Notes under the pieces: generated by a model
Database searches by the model: none
Seen by the model: only the letters and a program-made list of their open reading frames with translations
Told to the model about the DNA's origin: nothing
Part shown: positions 22,885-33,698 of the stretch, piece by piece
Layout: each line of letters starts with the position of its first letter
Position numbering within the stretch: position 1 is the first letter of the stretch
From: Bigelowiella natans CCMP2755
Taxonomy: Eukaryota; Protista; Cercozoa
Direction of reading: 5' to 3'
DNA length: 39,012 nucleotides
NCBI GenBank assembly: GCA_000320545.1
Contig: ADNK01003287.1
Coordinates: forward strand, 1-39,012
Translations under genes and position numbers: made by a program

Positions 22885-23663
22885 GGAATAGGCGAAACTA
22901 ACATCTGAACATCCCTGCAAGAACGACCAAGACGATGATGATTATGATAACGATGATGATAACGGTGGTGGTGGGTTAAGTATTTAATATGGAAACCCAC
23001 TCATATTCTTCTATCAGCACTTGTGGGTTAAGTATTTAATATGGAAACCCACTCATATTCTCCTATCAGCACTTTTTCTTCTTTGCCGCTGCCTTGCTTA
23101 CAACCACAGCCTCCCATCTTAGGACCAGCAAGGTATAGACGACCGATCTCATAATTCTTGTCTTCTACCGGACATCTGCACACGCCAAAGTTGTAGCCTT
23201 CAGCCGTCGAACCTGCGATGATAACGGAGCCGATGGGCCAGACGTCATATGTGAGAAACCTCCAACGTGTATTGCAACCCAGATCAACCCTTGCAACGGT
23301 TGATAAAGGCTCCGATGTTTCCCCATTAAAGCATTCGTAGGAATTGCCATCTGCTGTGACCACCAGTCCTACATCGATTGGTTTTTGTGCTGCAAGACTG
23401 CACTCGCCTTCTTCTTCTTCTTCAGTGCAGGAGCCCGCTGCAGACTCGGATGACTCATACAATGCGCACACCGTCTTCTCCATTGCTATTGAATCGTCAC
23501 CAGAAACGCTGATTTGAAGGTCCCTCTGCCCGCCTGGGGCTTTTTCTCCAAACCCCCAACTGAGGCAGTTTCTGGCATTCGTCTGGAAGAAGAAGGAGGG
23601 GAAGATAACTGATAGCCACAGAACGAGAACCAAGTGTGAGGAGGAGGAGGAGGAGGAGGGCAT
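19662..23663 (-). CDS. Signal peptide + DM9-like repeat + PhyH-family 2OG-Fe(II) dioxygenase
   Basis: Exon 1 (ORF 23028-23663) has a hydrophobic N-terminus and WPIGSVIIAGSTAEGYNFGVCR..IGRL..GCGCKQGSGKEE..EYEYL (DM9-like). Later exons: HPTLNNKG|LHLLRCLLAEKIADSRRR..|ETFMRDGILAKNF; DAQYQMHVDTFHAA|YKIWIYMNETTVDQ|GPLNFVRGSHRNTPGKLEW; FVIADTSGFHARG..IR; LPRKNPFFE* (stop 19662-19664). The HxD...H triad is intact. Confidence 0.85.
22410..22512. repeat. About 49-bp tandem duplication including a splice donor
   Basis: tactgtacgatgatgatgttcacatagatagta(g/c)tacctgggtgt occurs twice. Confidence 0.9.
22971..23074. repeat. 52-bp tandem duplication including an exon end and splice donor
   Basis: gtgggttaagtatttaatatggaaacccactcatattct(t/c)ctatcagcactt occurs twice with 1 mismatch. 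Confidence 0.92.
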
Positions 23664-24082
23664 GCTGTCACCCGTGTGTGTTATTTATTAGATCGAGTGA
23701 TGATGACGTAGGAGTGGCGTGCGTGTCGGTTCGGGTCTGGTTGTTGTTGTTGTTGTTGTTGATGATGATGATGACGTACTACTACTATACTTTTATCAGA
23801 CATTTCTCTCCAGATGTTTTCCCGATACTCTATCAAATCTAATAAAATTCTGCTTGCTATCATTGATCGACCATGGAACTGTTTGACGTCCGAGAAAATA
23901 AATGGCATCGATGGACATGCGACTTCAAAATGCAGATGTCGCATGAGCGCAATCTACATATTTCATGTGAGAAAAAGTACTTTACGCATATAATCGAATA
24001 CTTTTTACTCTTGCGACAACCCATAAACGCGGATTGCATCTAAAACCCGGGAAGCAAACAGCTTCTCCCGACGGAAGGCCTC

Positions 24083-25102
24083 TTGCTCACTGATGACCGC
24101 CTGGTACAGCAGTACTGCAAGGTGGTGATACGGCTACTGCAGAGCAGGGCCTCATTCACGGTGGTGGTGGTGCGGAGGAAGAGGCATTATTCTCGATGCC
24201 TATTCATAACACCACGGTTTCTCGCCTTTGCTGCGGTTACCTGCGTCGTCTTCTTCTCTGTTGTCTGGAACAACGTGTCGAGTACTAGAAGGAGGACCAC
24301 GTCGTCAAAGAAAACTACCCACACCAGCTTTCAGTTCTGCCATGGTGTCTTGGGAAGGCCAGCAAAAAGGTATATTTATGAATGTATTGATCCTCGAAGT
24401 CATTCATTACAAATTAATGATAATGGCCGCCGTGTGGCCATTTGCTCGATTACACAACGCAGGGGGGCGCGGAAGAGCAAAGACACCGAGGTCTTGATGC
24501 TGCAACGTACGTATGATGACGGAAGTAGAATTTAAGAGATATGTACGACGAGTGTATCGGCAGCAAAGACAACTACTCTTGTTGTAATATTCTTCATCAT
24601 GATGTGAATTATTATTATAGGTAAACCAACTCGTGGTTTCAGGGCACTCGAGGAAGACGACGACCAAGAGGCAGAAACCAGGCTCTCCGGAAAAAAAATC
24701 AATCTTAACAAAATGATCTTCCTACAGAAGAAGAGTAAGAAGAACAAGAAGGCACACAGACATATGATGGGTAAGAAAGCTGATATGAATTCAAACGATG
24801 ACGACGATGAAAAAGGAGGAGAAGTACTCGACTTCGAGGTTAAGACATCTGATGCTCAGAGCCTTGTCGATTCACTAGAAGATCACGGATTAATCAAACT
24901 ACCAAGGAATATCTCGACAAGGCGTAATGATGTGAAAAAGAGCCTGGCTATTAGCACTTCACCTAAAATTGCAAACGCCATCTCTGTACTCTCCAGAGAT
25001 CTACAGGCTGGTGTATCTGTGAGCTCAGAAAGTGGGGATGAGGAACTGCTTGCCGACGACGAATTTCCGGTGACAATTGCTACTTCTCAAGTCTCATGCA
25101 AA

Positions 25103-25141
<39 letters not shown>

Positions 25142-25454
25142 TATTAAATGATGATATCCAGGTGATCCACGAGCTCTTTCTTCGTTTGGGAGACGAAACA
25201 TCTATGACCATTGCGAATGTAACTGAGGGAGGGGGTGAGCACTATTTTCGGCATCATCACACTTCCTCTTCGAATGGCGGTTGTGTCGTCTCTGAAGGCA
25301 TAATTGAGGATGCTGACGCTTATTACCACGATGAACGCGAAGATCTTCAGCAGCAAGGTTTATTCCAAGCATGGATGCGTAGCTTCACGTTTTCATCGCC
25401 TGAAGAAAAGCGGCGGCGAAAAAGAAGGCAGGGGTACCAGCAACGAGAGCCCAT

Positions 25455-25500
<46 letters not shown>

Positions 25501-25658
25501 GACGCTAGTAGTAGCGACTCTACAAGGCATACAGCTCCTCCTCCTCCTCCTCCTCCTCCTCAACTACCTTCCTACTCTGGTCCTCCTGTCGAAAAGAAGC
25601 GAAGGACAAGCAATTTTGTGGCCCGAACAATGGAGGGCTCTCTTGGAGATCACTGTCT

Positions 25659-25662
<4 letters not shown>
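24083..25662 (+). CDS. Hypothetical protein with N-terminal hydrophobic segment, polyQ and polyP; start codon unresolved
   Basis: Phase-compatible chain FLAFAAVTCVVFFSVVWNNVSSTRRR..AKR|GARKSKDTEVLMLQ|RALEEDDDQ..(ORF 24713)..TSQ|VIHELFLRLG..(ORF 25096-25662). Confidence 0.6.
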
Positions 25663-25699
<37 letters not shown>

Positions 25700-27568
25700 G
25701 CTGGGACTAGCTTGTTATTCTATTTTTTGAGGTTATTCTCAAGCTGCTGCTTTCCACCCAATCTTGACCTTAAGAGTTTTTTAATTCAGCGGTCCTTCTC
25801 CTCTTCCTCCTGTTTACACTGAAATGGCAAACATAATGGATGATAAATACAACAGCATCCATTTACGTACACTCAATAAGGAGCTCGCTAGCTCTAGGTA
25901 GTTGACGTGATACTACGAAGGAATTAGATAACTTTAATTTTAGATAGAATGTATAGCTGCATTCTTGATCGATAAGACTTGGTTGTGATTGCTTTTGCGC
26001 TTTCTTCTTACGGTGTTCAGGCATGGTGATGAATGAGGAAAGTGATATCATTGCTAACAGATCAGTTTTGGAACTGGTATTAGATATTCATACCAACACG
26101 TAACAGCATCATATCGAGAGCAGCTTAGTAGTCGGGGGACAGGAGGATATCATATTCGGTCGTTGGTTTTTTCCATGCACCGTCTGAAAATTAAATATAT
26201 GTTGAATTATCTGTTGTTTTCCCCGTCTGACGGTCCTCATTGGAAGTGATAAAGAAACACTGTTGTATCATCCATACCCATGAATTAATGCTACAACTGC
26301 AGCAGCCATCTCAATTGTTGTTATAGTCAAATATTACTAACATACACAACAACAACAAATACTACTACTACTACTACTGCTACTACTAATTCCATCATAC
26401 AGGGAAGTCCACAGGGCCTTGTCAGCATAGTAGCATCAAGGTATAGAGCTAGTGAAGAAGAAGAAGAAGAAGGGAAAAAAAATAGTAACAGCAGTAGTAG
26501 TAGTAGAAGAAGAAGAAGAAGAAGAAGAAGCACAGGTGTAATCTTATACTAATTTCTCTAAACTTAGCCACGCACATATTATTTATAAATGGTATAAGTC
26601 AATGAATACATTTCCAGTAAGTAGAGCACTAATATTAATACAAGATGAGTAAATTAAGCAGATGGTATTTAGCTGCTGCTTGGACATTGTGTGTTTTATT
26701 ATTAATATTAATAATATTAATATTATTATTATTATTATATTAGTGTATATAAATATTGGTGATTCTGTATGCTTCCGTTATGATTGCTTATGTAGACATG
26801 CCAAGGATGTGGCCATAACATCAACTTCGTTGAATGTAAGATGCCTTCATAATTTGAGCATGAAAAGCCTCGTTACAACTTGTCACTGTGTATACTACAT
26901 GATTGAAACTACCTAGAGGAATAATACTCAAAAATACAATCAGGATACGTCTTTGCTATTTGCTGCATCACAATGTCGGCACCAATGCCAGGTCGCCGGC
27001 CACACGAGGGCTAACGACGAAACTGTAAAGAGCATTTCAAAATTATGGATTTTTGTCTAAAATTCCAATGGCACAATATCGATGATTTTTGTAAAGAGAG
27101 AGCGGGGCTGTCACTTGGCAAAATCATCGATATTTTCCGTTGCAAGATATACCTCATAATTCCGAAATCATCATTTAGAAAATTCCACTGATTTTGTAAG
27201 TAAATTACGGATTTAGTGCTTTAACACTACCACGTCGAATGACGCCTTGTCTGTAGCTAGATCAAAATGCTGCTTATTGTTATTACTATCTGATATATAT
27301 AATCATATCCAGAATAATAATAATAAACGGACAGTCACAGTAGCCTCAATCCAACCACAATATACTTCGACCTATCTAAATTCCTCCTTCGATGTTGTAG
27401 TGGTCTCAGAAGGGGTGGGTAGCGCTGACGTCATCATCACATTTTCACATTATTGACAACAACCGCAACCACACATCTACATGAAACTACTACCGATTTA
27501 TTGCCGCTAAACCTCCCAACTACTTTTCACCTAAAGAATAATAATGTTAACATTTTATTTCGTGAAAG

Positions 27569-27908
27569 TTGTCAACGTTACTGGCCATCTGCATGGCATT
27601 TATGTGTTTAAAAAAAATACCGGCGTTTTATCTGTAAACATTTGGTGCGTCTGGATAGTCAGTTTTGAAGTGCAGCACGGATCCACCAAATGTCCTCCAC
27701 GAGCGAATAATGCCACATGGGTTTTAGCAATCACGCACAGATTATTGATGTGATGCTATCCCTCCTCCTCCTCCTCCTCCTCCTCCTCCCCCCTCTCCCC
27801 CTCAGCTTCATCCTCCGGAAGGTGTATATCTTGGAGGCAGTATACACAAAGAAGTCAAGGATTTGTCAAGAACCATTCTTCATCACATGCCAGTACGTAC
27901 CTATACTG

Positions 27909-27949
<41 letters not shown>

Positions 27950-28400
27950 ACAACGGTGTACATAACTTAACTTTGTTGCTCGGAATGAGAACGACAAAAG
28001 GAAGGGTGCTGCTCCGTGTTTTGCAGGCCAATGGAAGAGGCATCTTGTTGATGGTCTGTCGTGTTTTTCAGGCCAATGGAAGAGGCATCTTGTTGATGGT
28101 CTGTCCTATGCGTGCTAACTGGGGGCAGGTAGTAATTTTGGATGATTTATGGGTATACGCCTGTTTGCAGTATCAAAACATGCATTCATCTTGGTGATGA
28201 CTGAGTACCCCCCAATACCATTCTGCTTCTGCTGTCTCTAGTTGTTGGACATGTTGGCGTTCCCTGAAATTCTCACAGACGCCGAGGATATCAATGAGGA
28301 ATTTTCTACGGGGGTTAAGCATAGGTATGAATCTCATGGCTTCAATGCAACGGTGTCGGAATTGCTGTTGAGCTCTCAGGAAACGGAATATGCTGTAGCT
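27569..28400 (+). CDS. Hypothetical protein fragment (exon chain, both ends unresolved)
   Basis: SFEVQHGSTKCPPRANNATW|LHPPEGVYLGGSIHKEVKDLSRTILHHMP|ANGRGILLM|LLDMLAFPEILTDAEDINEEFSTGVKH, with canonical GT-AG junctions in phase 0. Confidence 0.5.
28015..28104 (+). repeat. 45-bp tandem duplication of a complete 27-nt microexon
   Basis: cgtgtttt(g/t)cag|gccaatggaagaggcatcttgttgatg|gtctgt occurs twice. Confidence 0.9.
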
Positions 28401-28479
28401 GAGCCGTCGATAACGCGCCTCGTGCTGATTAATGCTGCTATCGATAAGAGATACTTAAAAACTAGTCGTCAAAAGAGCA

Positions 28480-28885
28480 TACGTGCAGCTACGTTCAAAG
28501 CCTAACATGCAGGTACTAAATAGTCACATGAGCACTTTGAACATGAACATGCATGGCATGATGAGGAATCTGGCTGCTGTGTCAAACAACGCTTGCTATC
28601 TAGCATGCACCTCGCGTGTGACTACCCAATGTACGATGCACGTAACTAGTAAGAGCCCTGTACACTATGCTGCTACAGTTCAGGCATGTGCTTCAGAACA
28701 TGTGTGCTTCGATGCTGCACATCTAGATGTGTGCTGTGCAACTGTCTAGCTCTAGACTAGTAGAGCTGTGTATTATTGCATAAATTATAGTGCATTGCGG
28801 GCGTTCTCATGGATCACACCTGCTGCAGACAATGGAATATGTGTGCCAATGCGGCACGTGGGTGGGTGGGAACATGTCTAGATGT

Positions 28886-28935
<50 letters not shown>

Positions 28936-29480
28936 ATATGAGACGGATGTAATGAAATGTTTAAATTTTTTCAATGGTCATCCTAATGTAGCTGTGCAAT
29001 GCAGCGACTACAGCGCTTAAATTGTGTATAAGAGAGAGAGAACACGTGCGTAGTTGTGGAAGAACGTGTCTAGGTGTGATGCATGCGACCACACTAGCAC
29101 ACTAGCACACATGTTCGCACGCGCTAGAACGTGGCCATTGCTGAGGCTCTGTTCGCATGTGTTCTAAATCATTTGATGTGTCACGAGGCCCCGAACAATC
29201 GATCAGCGCACACGCTCTAGCGCTGCGTGTTGGCGTGTAGAGTGAACGTGCATTGTTGTGTGTGTCTAGGTGTCTAGCTAGGTGTGTGCGCCTAGCTAGC
29301 TAGAGCTGTCTGCTATGAAAACATGTTGTGGTCCAGTTAGCATGTGCTTGAAAATAAGCCACATGCTAGCATGCGTTCACGCAGCGCGTGCAGCTCGCAT
29401 CTAACTCGACGCGAAAACGATTCTACCTATTACATTTACTCATCGTTGATCCCATCTAGCCATGCTGTATTCATGTATAT
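28480..29480. other. TpA-depleted, CTAG-rich island 4 (convergent intergenic)
   Basis: Dense CATG/TGCA/CTAG/CACGTG, e.g. tgtctaggtgtctagctaggtgtgtgcgcctagctagctagagc. Strongest at ~29040-29420. Confidence 0.8.
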
Positions 29481-29585
29481 CGGTTGTAGTACACAAAGTT
29501 AATTTGCATCTTAAGATGGCACAGATTGGCATTTGTGTGGAATCATAATGTACTATTGTAGACTGACATGAGTCATCAGGAGCTC

Positions 29586-31536
29586 TTAAACGATGCATTT
29601 AAATAGGTTTGTTATTTGTGTTAATCCTACTACTACGTCGTCATCTTTAACATTCTCAGCCTCCCTGATATACACCTAAATGATTATAATATATTAAGTA
29701 TTATCTTCTCCATATTGCTCATCGATGAATTTTCGCTCCGTGATATTAGACAATAACGGGTACCACCTTTAGCTTTTCGATCGTTTTCTTGCATGATTCC
29801 GCAAGCAAAGTCTCCATTTGTTCTGCTGTCACTCTTGAAGAGAAAGGAGTGATAGCAGCCTAACCATTGCAATAAATGATACGCTCAGATTTACCAAGAC
29901 ATGTACCTTTCGTTAAAGAATTACGACGATATTGCTCACCTCATCTAGAAAGCCTTCAAACTTAAGACATTCCAAGTCCACACTGCAATCATATTATGAT
30001 ATCAGTGTGCTTCCTATTATTTTGCAATAAGTATCATCATCATTAGCAATGTAGCGTCATTTTCACCTGCTTACATCATCGAGCTTTAATTGCACCTGGT
30101 ATAAATTATTTACCGATCAGTTCGGGATGAAAATGGACAATTCTGTAAATTACTACCTCAAATTTAGGATTTCTAAATGCACAGACTTTCCGGAAATAAT
30201 TGGCGAATATTGGAGCATAAGCTCCCAAATCAAAGTAAGATTGATACTGAGGTTAAGTGAGACCGGGGTTATAATTTCGTAAATGGAAGAAAGAGGAAAA
30301 TATTGTGTGCTTAGATATTCCACCTCCATATGCATAGCGAATTTTTGGAAACTTCCCTTGCTCCGCAATATTTTGGATGCTACCCGCAAGCCTTCGATAA
30401 GGTTCTGTTTGAAACATATCATCATAATTATCTTTAGTTGCTGATACCATAAGTGCACTTAATATAAATATGATTTACAATTGAAAATACTGAGGGAATG
30501 CACTCTGCTTTATCCACAATGATTTGTTTTACTACTTTCTGTACAGCTTTCATAGCATCGAGATTTTCTTTTGTTTCGGCTGGCTCGCCGCTAGCTTGAG
30601 GTCCGTTGTTGTAGTCTGCTTCCTTCGACTGATCAGGAATGGAAAAAATGAAATGAGGGATGCAACGTTTCGTGGGTCGGTAATTACTCTTAATCGCACG
30701 ATGCACAAACGTGTCGACAATGGGGTACACTAGCTAGCTAGTACATGCTGCATGACCCATTTCCACAACCGTAGTAGAGCATGTAAATGTTATGCACCAG
30801 TGCATGTCCTAGTGTAGTGTAGCACTATGCTCATGTATAACAAGACATGCGGGCTCTATTACCTCTGTCATCTCCATGAGTTGACGTATTGTGTTATACC
30901 ATTGCTGACAGTTCTCAGCAGTAGCAGCCTTTAAGTAATACTTTCGAGCATGATTGGTTTGAGAAATTATTATGCGCGTATTCTTCCCTCTTCTGGCTTC
31001 CATTGTAACATCGGCAATCGCATCTGCTCGTATGGATCCTAAGCAGAGGGTGGTGGTTTAGACTTTTTGTCCGAAGACAAAGATCAAATACTATGTTACT
31101 GATACTGGGTAGTTATTACCCTTAGGAGCAACGTCTCCAGGCGATACAAAGTATAGAAGCAGCGGTTTGGGTTTCAGCTGGACTTCAAAAAAGCGCTTTT
31201 GCCATGGGAATGGAAACTGCAACAAATGAGAATATCTGTCACTGCTTTTGGGCACGATGTTAACGGATACCACTTTGATACCTTGGGACTCTGCTTCTGC
31301 AGATACCCAGACATTGTCTCTAGTTTCTCAGACATGATCCTTTCGTTTGGTTTTCAAAATACAAAAGCATTCTGTAATTCAGATGTTCCAAAATGATACC
31401 TTAAATTGGCTAAGAATTACACCACTTTCACATGCCACACTTTCAACATTGGCTAACTATTCTGATGCTTTAGTAATTTCGTTGTAGTAGCTGAAACACT
31501 GCTTTCAGATGATTCGGCAGGCTGGGCCATCATCAT
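29586..31536 (-). CDS. PH-domain protein, multi-exon; middle and 3' exons approximate
   Basis: MSGYLQKQSPK|FPFPWQKRFFEVQLKPKPLLLYFVSPGDVAPK|GSIRADAIADV..RKYYLKAATAENCQQWYNTIRQL is a canonical PH pattern. Probable last exon is VYIREAEN..FKCIV*. Confidence 0.8.
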
Positions 31537-32610
31537 CGGAAGACTTAAAAGGTTTCGGTCGCACGGGATCAAACGGAATTGAAAAGCGAGACCCGTGAAC
31601 AATTGTTTTGAAAAATGTCCATTACAAATATCACACCACTGAATCCGCAAAAGAAAACCAAGTAATGGTATGTGATAGCGAACTTCTACTGGTCTTACCA
31701 CCGGCTATGCAGGCTGGGGGGCGGAAATGTGTTGCTCTGAATCAGATGTTTTCAGGCAGTGAACTATTCGCTCCGGCTTCATATATCTTTCGAATTCATT
31801 CTGTTTATACCTTGCGTCTAAGTTTGAATCCAGAGTTCCACACAAATCAAGGGTCCAAATAAATATTGGCATTTAAGGTTGTGTATAACTTTGTTAGACG
31901 AATAGATTCAGATTACTATACAAATATTTGTTATAATTATTATTATAATAATACCCATATTTATATTCAAAAGTAACTATAATTTTACTTTTAGACATGA
32001 GTAAACGAATATCAGTTACTTAGAATGCATCTCTATAATCTCAAAAGGATGTGGAACTTCATTCACTTTCATACTTAAGTAACAACTCTGCAGATATTAT
32101 ATCATAAAAGAGATGAATATGACTAATTTTTAATAAACAATTGCCAAATATTTCGATGTAAAGCATTAAAAGGATAAAATTATTTGACATATATAAAGTA
32201 CAAATCTGAAAATATGCGAGCGAGTCGGCTCCAATGTGAAATGACAGTGGGTTCGGCCCTTGTCGCAGGAACGAACTGCGTACCACAAACGGTCGGCAGA
32301 CTACCACCTGAGCTAGCTGGTGAGAGGTTGGCAAGACTTCTGGAAAGAAAGGATTAAATTGGCTTTTCACATCATTTTTGACTGGACGACTGGACGCTCT
32401 ACTCGAACGCCCTGAAGACCATCTCGAGACCTCTCAACAACATCTATCTTCTCTCGGAATCCAACGGAATCCAACGGAATCCAAGAAAGAACTGCTTCCT
32501 TCCACACCCAGGCACCGGGTTCATAAAATATTCTGAATACGAGCTGTATCATCGCCTTTCAGTGGGAGCTCTAGACAAATCAACGAGCAAACAATTAGTC
32601 AGAAGAAATT

Positions 32611-33645
32611 ATGAATAGATATCATCATGAGCAGGTAGTTCACTTACAGTCCTTTCAGCCCTTGAGCATCGCTCACCAAAGTTGTTTGTCCCCAGATATC
32701 GAAACATACCTACAAAATAGTTGAAAACGATCCCTATGGTCAATACCCTTTCCTCTACGCAATTATGGTAGATGAACTTGTTTTATATATTTGCCATTTT
32801 TACTTACGATAGTGTCAAAATCTACCACCACCAAAAATTGATCGATTGACTTCAGGGAGTAGATAAGTGTGTCGTTATTGATACCGGGACTGGAATAGGA
32901 GATTTTGCGGGATACGTCGATGCAAACATCAACAAGGAACCCAGGTAAGACGTTGATGTGAAAACGACAATGAAGATGGTGATAATGATGACGATGATGC
33001 TTGTGGTAGTGGTGGTAGTGATGCCAGCCACAATGATTGACTGAAATGGTTGAAATGTAGTGCTCTAACATGTTAAAAATTATACAATGAGCAGAGTTTG
33101 TACACGATGTTTGTAGGCTCCCATATTTAGTAATTAACACGCATGTTCATTTCGATCATGTGGGAGGAAACCATAAGTTTGCAGCACGGAAAGGTAGTAT
33201 AAGCGGCTAATGCTCCCACCCACCTGGAGAAATTCAATATATGGACTGCATGCACTTTCATTAAATTATTTCTTTCCTTCATTTTCTTCATTTGTCATGC
33301 CATTGATATTATTATTACTATCCAACATGCTATATCAGGTTTCAGGGGAGTCCACATGAGTGGGGCGGACAAGAGGTTTTCACTTAATTTGGACATAAAT
33401 TCGCTTTGCATGGCACACAACTGCACTGTGAAGCATTACAAAGTGGATAAATGGTTGAAGGAAGGAGACACGATCTATCTGGTACATGTAATTTAGGGAG
33501 GAGGAACTAGCTATAAATCTTCCGAATGCTGCTGCTGCTACTGCCACCAAATATGTGTTTCTTCATGTTTTCAGTGCTGCATGAGTATATAGAATAATCA
33601 AGATGATGATTTTTTAATGCAACTCCACTTGATGAATTATTTTAG

Positions 33646-33698
<53 letters not shown>

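Noticed and set aside
25860-27040. Possible minus-strand spliced gene
   Set aside because: Splice-like signals are present but I could not build a stop-free exon chain, so it is left unannotated.
32195-32320. RNase P-like P4 pairing (GTCTG/CAGAT) on the minus strand
   Set aside because: The ~95-nt spacing is too short and the conserved regions match poorly.
32059-33140. Minus-strand gene suggested by ORFs 32059-32370, 32367-32552 and 32763-33140
   Set aside because: The longest is antisense to clear MBL exons. The others gave no consistent splice chain or recognisable motif.
33357-33490. Universal stress protein-like motif (WLKEGDTIYLVH)
   Set aside because: It is in frame with the upstream THVHFDH and downstream TPGHT motifs, so it is part of the MBL fold.
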